From a virus, in IMG/VR virus record IMGVR_UViG_3300025133_007837, positions 69,840 through 133,839 of that record: a stretch of DNA of 64,000 bases. One strand, given 5' to 3'. Positions 1 through 8,929 of this stretch are shown piece after piece. The notes beneath the pieces were generated by a model. That model did no database searches and was not told where the DNA came from. It saw only the letters and a list, made by a program, of their open reading frames with translations. The first letter of the stretch is position 1, and every line of letters begins with the position of its first letter. The position numbers and the translations under genes were made by a program.

Positions 1-124
1 CCTATGGGCGACAACTCAACGATAGTTACCCGATGGAGTCATCAGAATGTCAAAGAGAACCTAGATGAAATACAGAGACTATCTAAACATGGGCAAGGCG
101 AAATGGTAGCAAAGTTTAACGATA

Positions 125-451
125 TTGGTTAAGATATTAGATATGACAGCATTACCAAAGGATAAAGTCAACGCACAAAAAGAGTTCCCGCATTATGTCG
201 ATTGCACCAGCAAGCGTAGCTTCATTGGCGATATAAATGAACACGCTTTGTTTGCAGATGGATTTGATAATGCGATTATTGGTTACGATGCCAGTAATTA
301 TTGTGTTGTTTACGACTACGATAAATGCCTCAAGGTTTTAACAGAGAAGGATAACATGAGTTATCCAGACGCGCATGAGTATATGGAATTTAATGTGGTA
401 AGTGCGTATGTTGGAGACTTTACGCCGACATTTGTTCACTCGCTAACATAA
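125..451 (+). CDS. conserved phage hypothetical protein (ADGFDNAIIG...EYMEFNVVSAYVG type)
   Basis: ORF in a tightly packed + strand run; resembles a common small phage protein; true start may be the ATG at 143. Confidence 0.75.
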   Translation: MVKILDMTALPKDKVNAQKEFPHYVDCTSKRSFIGDINEHALFADGFDNAIIGYDASNYCVVYDYDKCLKVLTEKDNMSYPDAHEYMEFNVVSAYVGDFTPTFVHSLT

Positions 452-453
452 CC

Positions 454-639
454 ATGACATACATAGTTGAATTTGAAGTGGACGGTGATTCAGTATCCTA
501 TACTGTAAAAGCGGATAATGTTCTTAATGCAGAGAAAGCGGCGAAAGAAAAATTGAAGAAGGACTGTAAGATCAGCAAGGGTCGAGGTTCTTCCGTTTCC
601 TCTTGGAAAGTCAAAGATATAGAATACATACATGAGTAA
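454..639 (+). CDS. hypothetical protein
   Basis: ORF abutting its neighbours. Confidence 0.65.
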   Translation: MTYIVEFEVDGDSVSYTVKADNVLNAEKAAKEKLKKDCKISKGRGSSVSSWKVKDIEYIHE

Positions 640-997
640 AAAAGACTCAAAGTTAAATCGCTATACCGATATTGAATGTGAGGTATGCGGAGAGATCATA
701 CAAGGCAAGTGGGACTCTCAAGTTTACTTGGGGATGGAGACAGGAGAGTTGGATAAAAGCGGCATACATCGTTGGTTGATTTATGATAAGCATATCAAAT
801 GCTCTCCGAGTCGAGCGCAAAGGATCGTGCATTCAAAATATCCAACGGTCATTGATAAAAGACCGCAATTTGATTGGCGACCAGAAGCAGACAACGCTTG
901 GACAGATGAGATGCGTAGCAAGTGGAAGAAGGTTTATACCGAAGCATGGGTAAGGTTGCAGGAGAAGTACAACCCCTATTGGGAGTGTGAGGCGTAA
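632..997 (+). CDS. hypothetical protein with CxxC motif
   Basis: ORF overlapping the previous stop; CEVC plus H..C. Confidence 0.7.
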   Translation: MSKKDSKLNRYTDIECEVCGEIIQGKWDSQVYLGMETGELDKSGIHRWLIYDKHIKCSPSRAQRIVHSKYPTVIDKRPQFDWRPEADNAWTDEMRSKWKKVYTEAWVRLQEKYNPYWECEA

Positions 998-1017
998 TTT
1001 TTAAAAATGTTTAAAAA

Positions 1018-1341
1018 ATGAACGAACAAGAATGGTCAATCGAATATAGGAAACAGGGCAACGAAGTTTATGTTGTTAGCTCGAAAGAAGGAATCTTTAT
1101 TGGAGAAGGATACGAGAAAGAAGAAAGAAAGAGAACCCGTTTCCTAGCAGACATAATTGTTGAAGCCTTGAATAAAGCCGAGAACAAGCGACAAGACGAG
1201 AAGAACAGGGAAGGTTGGGTTTGTATCCATTGCGGCAAATCAACTTATGACAACGATACAGAACAACTCTTTTCGGCAATAGAGCATATCGGTTGTGCCT
1301 TAAAAGCGGAACAAGAAGCAAAGAAGGCGACAAAAGTTTGA
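1018..1341 (+). CDS. hypothetical protein with CxxC/HxxC motif
   Basis: ORF; CIHC...HIGC. Confidence 0.65.
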   Translation: MNEQEWSIEYRKQGNEVYVVSSKEGIFIGEGYEKEERKRTRFLADIIVEALNKAENKRQDEKNREGWVCIHCGKSTYDNDTEQLFSAIEHIGCALKAEQEAKKATKV

Positions 1342-1368
1342 GAGAGAAAAATTGTAGGTATTAAACAA

Positions 1369-1740
1369 ATGAATTTATTTAAAAATTTAAAAAAAGTTAT
1401 AGCGTGGGCTTCGATCTGCATCTGGATTTCGATTTTCATTATCCTAATCTTGTCAAGCGGCTGTTCGACAACGAAGTGGTATCATCCCGAACATTACGAA
1501 TGGGAAGCAGATGATTATGATTTTCCGCCCCATGAACGCATTGAAGGAGGCTGGAAGGCGATACACAACTACTATGTCATAGACGCGAACGCCGATGTAC
1601 CTGACGCTTATTTTGAAACAAAGAGCAAGGCTTTAACCTACCAGAAGGATTTCGCGGGGCATCACGATTATGTTGTTGTAAAGATTGACAAGAAATACAA
1701 TGTCTACAATATGGCAAAACCAATTAGCTTGACCCCATAA
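1369..1740 (+). CDS. putative lipoprotein/membrane-anchored protein
   Basis: Basic N-terminus, hydrophobic helix, lipobox-like SSGC. Confidence 0.65.
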   Translation: MNLFKNLKKVIAWASICIWISIFIILILSSGCSTTKWYHPEHYEWEADDYDFPPHERIEGGWKAIHNYYVIDANADVPDAYFETKSKALTYQKDFAGHHDYVVVKIDKKYNVYNMAKPISLTP

Positions 1741-1748
1741 GATAACTC

Positions 1749-1777
1749 TTGACATTAGATTAAGTATCTTGTATAGT
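1749..1777 (+). promoter_or_regulatory. sigma70-type early promoter
   Basis: TTGACA-N17-TATAGT with TG extension; ATG 10 nt downstream. Confidence 0.8.
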
Positions 1778-1787
1778 TAGGATAGAT

Positions 1788-2432
1788 ATGCTTACTACAA
1801 AAGGAAAAGAGTTTTTCGACTCAATCAAGCCAGAGGACGTTTGTCGCTACATGGAATACTGGCAGAGCGTTGCACCAAAGAGCGAGGAAGAACACTATCA
1901 GCGTTGGTTGTTTGCTTACATGAGCGTCCATACTTCTTGGAAAAGCAATGTGCGTGGATACCAAGCAATCAAGCGTTTCAAGCAATGGGAAGGAGATAAG
2001 AACAAACTCCACTATAAGATTGAGAATGCTAGAGTTGGGTTCCAGAACCAGAGAACACGCTTCATCATGGACTTTAAAGAAAAGTTTTGGGGCAATGTTG
2101 ATGACTTTCTGAATCGCAGCCAGAGGACTTGGACTGAATGGCGCGACCATCTTGTGAAAAAGATTCTTGGTTTAGGTAACGCAAAGACGAGCTTTGGCTT
2201 GGAGATGGCATTTCCAAACGAGGCAGAAGTTACTTGCATGGACACTCATCTGTTTAAGTTCTATGGACTCGACCAAACAAAGGATGCCAAGCAGTACAAA
2301 AGCATTGAAGCAGATTGGCTTAATCAATGCGAAGCAAAGCGAGTACCGTCCTATATCGCACGGTGCATCTATTGGGATAAGAATCAAAACAAGCGTAACT
2401 CACGCTACTGGTCATACTGTTTAGAGAAATGA
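1788..2432 (+). CDS. HhH-GPD superfamily DNA glycosylase-like protein (OGG/endonuclease III-like)
   Basis: HhH motif ILGLGNAK with catalytic-position Lys, followed by CMDTH. Confidence 0.7.
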   Translation: MLTTKGKEFFDSIKPEDVCRYMEYWQSVAPKSEEEHYQRWLFAYMSVHTSWKSNVRGYQAIKRFKQWEGDKNKLHYKIENARVGFQNQRTRFIMDFKEKFWGNVDDFLNRSQRTWTEWRDHLVKKILGLGNAKTSFGLEMAFPNEAEVTCMDTHLFKFYGLDQTKDAKQYKSIEADWLNQCEAKRVPSYIARCIYWDKNQNKRNSRYWSYCLEK

Positions 2433-2710
2433 TACAAGACAATTATACTGGTATAGGACTGAAAGATTGGAATATAATTATTCAAAAGCAGGATCAACCT
2501 AGAGAAATTAAGGTTACTATTCATTCTAAAGATATACCAGAAATGAAAGAGGTTGACAATGTGATTCAATACCTTGGAGAAGAAGGTTTTCTTGATTACG
2601 AAGATGAACCCATACAAGAAGAAACAAAATTACAAGTAGGATATTTGCCAAAATATAAGTTCAAAGCACTAGAGACAATTATTAAAAAAAATATAACAAA
2701 TCATGGATAG
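2429..2710 (+). CDS. hypothetical protein
   Basis: ATGA overlap with the upstream stop. Confidence 0.65.
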   Translation: MIQDNYTGIGLKDWNIIIQKQDQPREIKVTIHSKDIPEMKEVDNVIQYLGEEGFLDYEDEPIQEETKLQVGYLPKYKFKALETIIKKNITNHG

Positions 2711-2876
2711 TCAACAAATAGCAGTAAATACATTAGAAGAAGCAATTGATAACATCGAAACTCTGGACTTATCGTTCCTCTTTGGTGAAGCAAAAAGAGA
2801 TGCTGAATACTCACTAAATGAAGTTATCATAGACTTGCAACATATCCAAACGATCTTCGATGCAGGGCAAAATTAA
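2703..2876 (+). CDS. small hypothetical protein (MDSQQIAVNTLEEAID...), not in the ORF track
   Basis: 57-aa ORF filling the gap between neighbouring genes. Confidence 0.55.
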   Translation: MDSQQIAVNTLEEAIDNIETLDLSFLFGEAKRDAEYSLNEVIIDLQHIQTIFDAGQN

Positions 2877-3147
2877 AATACTTGAGTCAGACAACGAAGA
2901 AGTTGTCAAAAGCAAAAAAGTGTTTGAGGATGCAAATATACATTTCTCTGGACTTAATACGCATAGACTGACGATAAAGGCAAAAACAGAAATCGAATAC
3001 ACTTTTGAAATTGAGTTAGCTACTGTCGAGGCAAACTCACTTCTTTTCGATGGAGAACTATGCAGCCCAAATTACAAAGATACAGAAGAACAAAGCGAAA
3101 CGAGTTATGTTTCACTTCGATTCACTCCATTTTTAAAAAAGTTTTAA
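2860..3147 (+). CDS. hypothetical protein
   Basis: ORF in the operon run. Confidence 0.6.
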   Translation: MQGKIKILESDNEEVVKSKKVFEDANIHFSGLNTHRLTIKAKTEIEYTFEIELATVEANSLLFDGELCSPNYKDTEEQSETSYVSLRFTPFLKKF

Positions 3148-3154
3148 AAATGTT

Positions 3155-3373
3155 TTGATTAAACATTATTTTTACTATTTCACAGACAGTCTTGTAGCCT
3201 ACACCAGTTGGCACATGAGTTGGAGAATTTGGAGCGAAGAAATAGGTAAAGATGAAGATGACTATACACTAACAGGAATGCAAATGAACACGCACATGGG
3301 TACAATGTATTTAGGAAAAGCAGCAATACATTTAACAGAGAAAGAATACGAGCTTTTTGAAGAAGGTTCTTGA
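3155..3373 (+). CDS. hypothetical protein
   Basis: ORF in the operon run; start uncertain. Confidence 0.45.
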   Translation: MIKHYFYYFTDSLVAYTSWHMSWRIWSEEIGKDEDDYTLTGMQMNTHMGTMYLGKAAIHLTEKEYELFEEGS

Positions 3374-3398
3374 CATTTGCCTCAGTATCTGATATCAT
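3370..3398 (+). promoter_or_regulatory. sigma70-type early promoter, leaderless
   Basis: TTGACA-N17-TATCAT; ATG 6 nt after the -10. Confidence 0.75.
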
Positions 3399-3404
3399 AA
3401 GAAC

Positions 3405-3824
3405 ATGGATAACATCACAACACAAGTCTTTTGGGAAAAGAACGGTTTAGTAAAGCGCAACCCAAACATTCACGATGACCAAATCTTTTCGAGATGCCCG
3501 ACAAAAGATTTTCCGTATGATTCGGTTTCGGTTAGGATAAACAATCAATCGAAAGGCACGGCGACTGTATATTTTAAGGACGCAATTAAAACTCGTACTT
3601 ATGGTTCTGGAAAGAATAAACAAAGCTACGATTATTGCGATTCCGAGATAAAGGTTACTATGCCACTCAAATCAAATTTTAACGGTGAGGACTATAATTA
3701 CTCAATGCAGGGTACTATACCTCAGAAATATGACCTAATTACTTTCTCTAGGGTTCTACAATATGTGCGAGATGAACTTGAAGTAATGTCTGGCGCGTCA
3801 TATAACATCCCTCGTATAACATGA
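3405..3824 (+). CDS. hypothetical protein
   Basis: ORF directly after a promoter. Confidence 0.75.
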   Translation: MDNITTQVFWEKNGLVKRNPNIHDDQIFSRCPTKDFPYDSVSVRINNQSKGTATVYFKDAIKTRTYGSGKNKQSYDYCDSEIKVTMPLKSNFNGEDYNYSMQGTIPQKYDLITFSRVLQYVRDELEVMSGASYNIPRIT

Positions 3825-4021
3825 GCTTAAAAGAAAGACATATAGTAGAAAACCGTATGACAGCACAAGATCAAATCGACAAGTGGGTAATGGAAGCGAC
3901 AAGCTCATACAACGATGGTTGGACGCAAAAACACTACCGCGACCTGTTACAAGAAGTTTACGATAGGCTTAATCAATTAGAATTTATATTAAAAGATAAA
4001 AATGGCAAAGAAAGCAACTAG
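3821..4021 (+). CDS. conserved phage hypothetical protein (YNDGWTQKHY motif)
   Basis: ATGA overlap with the upstream stop. Confidence 0.65.
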   Translation: MSLKERHIVENRMTAQDQIDKWVMEATSSYNDGWTQKHYRDLLQEVYDRLNQLEFILKDKNGKESN

Positions 4022-4142
4022 CGGCAAGGTTACATTTGGAACAAAGAGCAAGGGACGCAAAGGAATCCACTCTAAAAACAAACACTCTTGGAATAAAAAC
4101 AGTAAGAATTATGTCAAATCATATAGAGGACAAGGACGATAA
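4002..4142 (+). CDS. small basic phage protein ending KSYRGQGR, not in the ORF track
   Basis: 46-aa ORF MAKKATSGK...YVKSYRGQGR; this C-terminus is typical of a widespread phage peptide. Confidence 0.75.
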   Translation: MAKKATSGKVTFGTKSKGRKGIHSKNKHSWNKNSKNYVKSYRGQGR

Positions 4143-4143
4143 G

Positions 4144-4482
4144 ATGACCATTACGGTTAAGAGAGGTGAAGAAACCATTTCTTTCGAGACTTCTCCTGAC
4201 CTACATATCTCTGAATTTAGGGACTTGCTGATGCGATTGACAGCAGCAGTTGGCTATCAAGAAAGCAACATTGAGCAGTATTTCCTCCCTAAAGAAGAAC
4301 GGGATACTCAATTTGCCAACGAAGCAACTGTTCAAAGTTTTCAGAAGGAGGCTTGCTCGACGCAAGACATGGATGTTATCCATAACGATATACTAGCAAA
4401 GAATTACAAGAGTTTCACACATAAAGAGACTCCCTCTGTTGACATGGGCGGCAACTATACACGCGACGATACTTTTGTATAA
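4144..4482 (+). CDS. hypothetical protein
   Basis: Start revised to the ATG at 4144, right after the YRGQGR gene. Confidence 0.65.
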   Translation: MTITVKRGEETISFETSPDLHISEFRDLLMRLTAAVGYQESNIEQYFLPKEERDTQFANEATVQSFQKEACSTQDMDVIHNDILAKNYKSFTHKETPSVDMGGNYTRDDTFV

Positions 4483-4821
4483 GAAATGGATTTAAAAAAA
4501 TTAGAAGAAAAGATTAAAGAAGATATTGCTTTCTATTTGCTTGATGCGGATTGGCCTTTCCCAAAGAACATACAAGATCAGTTCTTCAGAATCATAACAC
4601 AAAATTTTACAAGATTTATCATAGTAAACGAAGAAACAAACGAAGAAGATGAGAGGATAAAATGAGGAAGATAGAAAAAATGTTAACAGTCGCAGTTTTA
4701 GCAGTAGTATTTGGTTGTTCGTATTATTCACTCTCGACTTTAAATCAACTCATGTCTCACCTAGATGACATTGAGAGGGTAGCAAGAATGGGAAATGGGT
4801 CTACTTTCCATATAGTCAAGA

Positions 4822-5016
4822 ATGAAAATTAAATTACCTATCTATTGGGACTTCAAGAACCAAGAGGAAAGCGAAGTCATTGCAAATGTGCCTAATGAGT
4901 CAGTCAAGAAAGTGTTTATGGACTTCTTGATGCAAAAAGATTACCATGAAAGGCGAGAGTGGTTGGTTAAAAATGTACCAGAAATCAACTTGAACATACC
5001 AAAAGAACTTTTTTAA
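4822..5016 (+). CDS. hypothetical protein
   Basis: ORF. Confidence 0.6.
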   Translation: MKIKLPIYWDFKNQEESEVIANVPNESVKKVFMDFLMQKDYHERREWLVKNVPEINLNIPKELF

Positions 5017-5038
5017 AAAAATTTAATTAAACTTATTT

Positions 5039-5242
5039 ATGTCATTAAAAACATTATTGGAATACCAGTTAGCATCGGGAGGTTGGGTAGATATACCATT
5101 TGAAACTATCCGAGAATATATCCTTGATGAAGTAAAAGCCAACCAATCGCATACGGCTATTTGCAGAGTGCTTGAAACAATTACGGGATACAGAGTCGAT
5201 TCAACTGACGACCCAAACATCAAGAGAATTAGCTCAACATGA
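5039..5242 (+). CDS. hypothetical protein
   Basis: ORF, overlaps the next start. Confidence 0.6.
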   Translation: MSLKTLLEYQLASGGWVDIPFETIREYILDEVKANQSHTAICRVLETITGYRVDSTDDPNIKRISST

Positions 5243-5490
5243 AACAGATTGTAGCGATACGGGAATCAATCCTCAATGCAGAGGACAAGAAAATGCTCAG
5301 TAGAATGACTCAGATTGCTGACATAATGGCAGAGCAACTTGACGAGATTCCAGAACGAACCAAGCGTAGATGGAAACTGGCTCAGAAACGCGCCGAGGCG
5401 CGGCTACAAAAAGAGAATGAGTCACGACAGGCCAAGGCTGAGAAAACGCCTCAGAAGGCAAACAAGAAGCAAAGGAGCAAGAAGAAATGA
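5239..5490 (+). CDS. hypothetical basic protein
   Basis: ATGA coupling on both sides. Confidence 0.65.
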   Translation: MKQIVAIRESILNAEDKKMLSRMTQIADIMAEQLDEIPERTKRRWKLAQKRAEARLQKENESRQAKAEKTPQKANKKQRSKKK

Positions 5491-5669
5491 GTTGGTTAGC
5501 ATCAGCGGAAAGCTACGACAAAAAGAAGGAGCAACAACCTCTTTGGCATCAAATTGATAAATGCGAGTGCGAGAAGATGGACGGCGAAAGACTATGCGAT
5601 TGGTGCTACTCTTTGGACGAGAATGACCGTCAGGAAATGATGCACTCTAGCCCTTGCGACCTATTTTAA
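5487..5669 (+). CDS. hypothetical Cys-rich protein
   Basis: ATGA coupling; CxC...CxxC. Confidence 0.6.
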   Translation: MSWLASAESYDKKKEQQPLWHQIDKCECEKMDGERLCDWCYSLDENDRQEMMHSSPCDLF

Positions 5670-5670
5670 G

Positions 5671-5880
5671 ATGACAGACTATTCCGAGGAAGAACAATAC
5701 TGGAAACGAGAAAATGGAGAAGTAATCGCAGTCGGAGACATGAACGAGCATCACGCTAAAAACGTGTTACGAAAGATGTTAAAGAAAAGCAGACAAAGAG
5801 GGTTAGATGCTCTGGAGATGCGAGACAAAATGAGGCTAATTAGTGGTATGTTAGAGGATATTAGAAGCGAGTTACTATGA
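5671..5880 (+). CDS. conserved phage hypothetical protein
   Basis: W..ENG..I.V.DM...H..N pattern common in phage proteins. Confidence 0.65.
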   Translation: MTDYSEEEQYWKRENGEVIAVGDMNEHHAKNVLRKMLKKSRQRGLDALEMRDKMRLISGMLEDIRSELL

Positions 5881-6479
5881 AGGAGAAGAAGCAGTTCGCG
5901 GCAATGAGTCGCCCAAAGAATAGCAACAGGGAGTGGAACTATATGTACTTTTGGGCGGCAAGCCAGAAGGAAGCAGAGGTTACATTTAAGGATTTAAAAC
6001 CCTCCACAAGCCCATATATGGACTATAAATTAGAAAGGATACAAAAAAAGAAATGACTTGACTTTTGCTGCACTTTTTGATATACTAATATACTGATACA
6101 CAACGATTTACGACTTACTGATATATGAACCCTTTACTTTCTCACATATTACATACGGAACACAATTTGATTATATTTTTACTCTGTTTTATTATAGTAG
6201 GCTTTTATGTCTGCACCCATTACGAACATTGAACAAAGGATAGAATGGATATTAAGAACAATACATATAAAGATTTATATTTAAATTTATTTAAGTTTAT
6301 TTAAATTAGATTGGTTGTATCGCAAAGATATAATTGGAAATATAGCCGCCGATTTAAAAAAATTTAAAAATTTAATTTAATACTTTTTACTCTTTATCTA
6401 TTATGCTATTCAATACTACTCAACATATAAACAAACATATTAACTTATTTTTATTTATATTATTATTTTATTATTTTGG

Positions 6480-6554
6480 CGCGGGGTAGCCAAGTGGTAA
6501 GGCGGGAGTCTGCAAAACTCTTACTCGTCGGTTCGATTCCGACCCTCGCGTCCA
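6480..6554 (+). tRNA. tRNA-Cys(GCA)
   Basis: Cloverleaf: acceptor CGCGGGG/CCTCGCG, anticodon loop CT-GCA-AA, T-loop TTCGATT, U73 and encoded CCA. Confidence 0.93.
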
Positions 6555-6700
6555 TATTTGTGAATGAATCGCGGCGAAATACTTAGTCATATTTGTGAAT
6601 GAATTGGCCCGAAATATTATCATGTAAATATAGCAGCTAACTAACAAAACAACATACAATTTTTAATTAAATTTATTTAAATTTTTTAATTTATTTTTAT

Positions 6701-6775
6701 AGGCCGGTAGCTCAATGGTAGAGCAGTAGCCTTTTAAGCTATTGGTTGAGGGTTCGATCCCCTCCCGACCTACCA
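6701..6775 (+). tRNA. tRNA-Lys(TTT)
   Basis: D arm GCTC/GAGC, anticodon loop CT-TTT-AA, T-loop TTCGATC, encoded CCA; one acceptor-stem mismatch. Confidence 0.92.
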
Positions 6776-6996
6776 TATTTGTGAATGGTTTTTTCCGTAA
6801 TATTATAAGTGAACGAGCTAATGCCAAATATTATAGCCGCCGCCTATAACGTGACACTTTTAAAAGAAATCTAATAGCATCATTCTTTTATTAAAAAATT
6901 TTAAAATAAATTAAAATAAATCAAGTAATCTCAAACATAGTCAAATCAATCATTCTTTTAATTAAATTTATTAATTCATTTTAATTCTTTTTTATG

Positions 6997-7025
6997 TTGA
7001 CAAGTAGTTCAGCTTGTGCTATTAT
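6997..7025 (+). promoter_or_regulatory. sigma70-type promoter, leaderless
   Basis: TTGACA-N17-TATTAT with TG extension; ATG at 7032. Confidence 0.75.
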
Positions 7026-7031
7026 ATATAT

Positions 7032-7298
7032 ATGTCAACGATGACCAGAAAGAAAGGATCGGGCCGAACTAAAGGCGCGACAAGCCTCATCGAAGTCAAC
7101 CTACGAGAGCTTAACCGTGTCTTGCGCGAGGACGCTATCGTTATGGTTGGAAGGAAGTACGCCGAGCAACTCGGACTTCAGACAGGCAATCGTATCATAT
7201 CTAATTATGCGAATGTGTCTGCCGCCGCGCCAGTTGAGGTCAAAGAGACTGCCCTTGAGGAAGAATCTCAGGTCGCAGTAAAAAGCATTGACTTTTAA
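7032..7298 (+). CDS. hypothetical protein with basic GSGRTKG motif (possible DNA binding)
   Basis: ORF after a promoter; start revised to ATG 7032. Confidence 0.7.
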   Translation: MSTMTRKKGSGRTKGATSLIEVNLRELNRVLREDAIVMVGRKYAEQLGLQTGNRIISNYANVSAAAPVEVKETALEEESQVAVKSIDF

Positions 7299-7322
7299 TC
7301 AAGTAACTGTTAAGATAGACTA

Positions 7323-8252
7323 ATGGATACGACTACATTCCCCGACATAATCGGGCAAGAAAGCGCGAAGCGTGTACTGGATTTCCATATTGGAGGATTC
7401 AAAGCTACTTCAGTAATGCCTCACCTCATGTTTGTCGCGCCCAAGGGTTGCGGCAAAACGACGATGGCAAAGGCAGTTGCTCGTACACTCAAGGGTATTG
7501 ACGATGCCAAACGGTACTTTGAGATTAACTGTTCTACGATTAAGAATGTAAAGCAGTTCTTTAATCAGTTGGTTATTCCATTGATGCAGGACAGGGACGC
7601 TACCATCCTCTTTGATGAGGCAAGTGAGATTCCCAAGGATGTTTCGATGGCCATGCTGACCATCCTTAATCCAAACTCCGAGAATCGTACTTCGTTCTCC
7701 TTTGAGGACTATACGGTAGATTTTGATTTCAGTCGGCTATCGTTCATGTTCGCCACAACTGAAACTCAATCCGTATTTCATGCCTTGATGGACAGATTAG
7801 AGCGTGTTGATCTTGAGGAATACTCTATTGAGGAGATGGGACAGATAGTTGCCTTGAATCTCGACATAGACATTGATCCAAAAACATTACAGGATATCGC
7901 CTCTGTCTTGCGCGGCAATGCGAGAGCAGCACAAAAAATGGCTCATAAAATTGAGTCTTATTGCAGTCAGAAAAAAGTTAAAAGATTTGATTCAACTCAT
8001 TGGAAAGAATTGAGCAGAATCTTAAACATATTTGCACTTGGCTTAAATGTTACTGAAATCCAGTTGCTAAACATATTGAAAGATCACAAAGATTGTAGTC
8101 TTACTAATTTGTCTGCAAAAACTGGTATCAGCAAAGCAGCAATTCAAAGAGATTTTGAAATCTACTTGCAGAAGCATTCTTTAATGGAGATAACAACTGC
8201 TGGAAGAAACATAACAGCAAAAGGTTTGGATTATTTAAAACTAATTGCTTGA
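7323..8252 (+). CDS. RuvB-like AAA+ ATPase (Holliday junction branch-migration motor-like)
   Basis: F.DIIGQE start, Walker A PKGCGKT, Walker B FDE, ATT sensor, RGNAR, C-terminal winged helix ending GRNITAKG. Confidence 0.8.
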   Translation: MDTTTFPDIIGQESAKRVLDFHIGGFKATSVMPHLMFVAPKGCGKTTMAKAVARTLKGIDDAKRYFEINCSTIKNVKQFFNQLVIPLMQDRDATILFDEASEIPKDVSMAMLTILNPNSENRTSFSFEDYTVDFDFSRLSFMFATTETQSVFHALMDRLERVDLEEYSIEEMGQIVALNLDIDIDPKTLQDIASVLRGNARAAQKMAHKIESYCSQKKVKRFDSTHWKELSRILNIFALGLNVTEIQLLNILKDHKDCSLTNLSAKTGISKAAIQRDFEIYLQKHSLMEITTAGRNITAKGLDYLKLIA

Positions 8253-8277
8253 CTTTGAGTTCAGGTACTGGTATAAT
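8249..8277 (+). promoter_or_regulatory. sigma70-type promoter
   Basis: TTGACT-N17-TATAAT with TG extension. Confidence 0.8.
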
Positions 8278-8326
8278 TAAGAAGTAGTCAGGGAAAGGCC
8301 CAGACAAAAAAACAGACGAATAAATT

Positions 8327-8524
8327 ATGGGTATGCGCAATCATACATATAGGTTGGAGGTTCAACGCCAGACTGGCGGAGGCCTGAAAGTCGTGACCGC
8401 TGAACAGTTGGTCAAAATCAATCAACACTCTCATGCATATGAGACAGTTGATAAGGCGGCGTTTGCCGCTACCATGAACGGCCCCAAGGCCGCTCGACGC
8501 ACGGTTCCGCGAAAACGGAGCTAG
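8327..8524 (+). CDS. hypothetical protein
   Basis: ORF between a promoter and a structured RNA/terminator. Confidence 0.65.
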   Translation: MGMRNHTYRLEVQRQTGGGLKVVTAEQLVKINQHSHAYETVDKAAFAATMNGPKAARRTVPRKRS

Positions 8525-8530
8525 GCGTTA

Positions 8531-8607
8531 GGAGACTTCGGCATGGTGCTGCGCGAGATGCGCGGACGGGGTTTGTAGGTTACCCTAGTGAAACACCGGA
8601 GTTCTCC
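8531..8607 (+). ncRNA. candidate structured RNA motif, copy A (P1-CAUGGUG-P2[GAGAU]-AC-P3-NN-UGAAACA-P1')
   Basis: Same junction sequences as 10355-10439(-), with different but compensating stems. Confidence 0.7.
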
Positions 8608-8646
8608 CCCATTTCCCCCCCTGAGTAGTAGTTGATAGTTCATTCG

Positions 8647-8675
8647 TACCCCCGCTTCGGCGGGGGTATTTTTTT
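8647..8675 (+). terminator. Rho-independent terminator
   Basis: TACCCCCGC-TTCG-GCGGGGGTA followed by a T-tract. Confidence 0.9.
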
Positions 8676-8749
8676 GTCCACTTTCCCCATTTTTTCCAAA
8701 TAAGGCAAATAAAGGGCTATCTTATTATACTATAATCTTTTAGGATCCT

Positions 8750-8824
8750 TAAGTCACTGACAGTCAACGAGTTACGGCGCGCGCCTCCCCCCCGCGCGTA
8801 ACCTCTTGAGTACCAAAGACTTAC
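8750..8824. repeat. 74-bp bipartite palindromic element, copy 1 (inverted relative to copies 2-8)
   Basis: TAAGTCACTGACAGTCAACGAGTTAC, then a C-tract spacer, then GTAACCTCTTGAGTACCAAAGACTTAC. Confidence 0.9.
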
Positions 8825-8929
8825 GCCTCCCGTAAAACGAGAGGCGTGTCAAGCTTTTATTTAAAGGGAGGCAGGGGAGTAGTAACCGTGATAGTGCCCA
8901 TCAAAGTCTCCCCCACCTCCCACGTGCCG

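Noticed and set aside
6471-6659. 62-aa - strand ORF
   Set aside because: Antisense to tRNA-Cys.
8531-8607. Hammerhead ribozyme (CTG...GAAAC)
   Set aside because: Lacks the CUGANGA core and the hammerhead stem arrangement; kept as an unknown motif.
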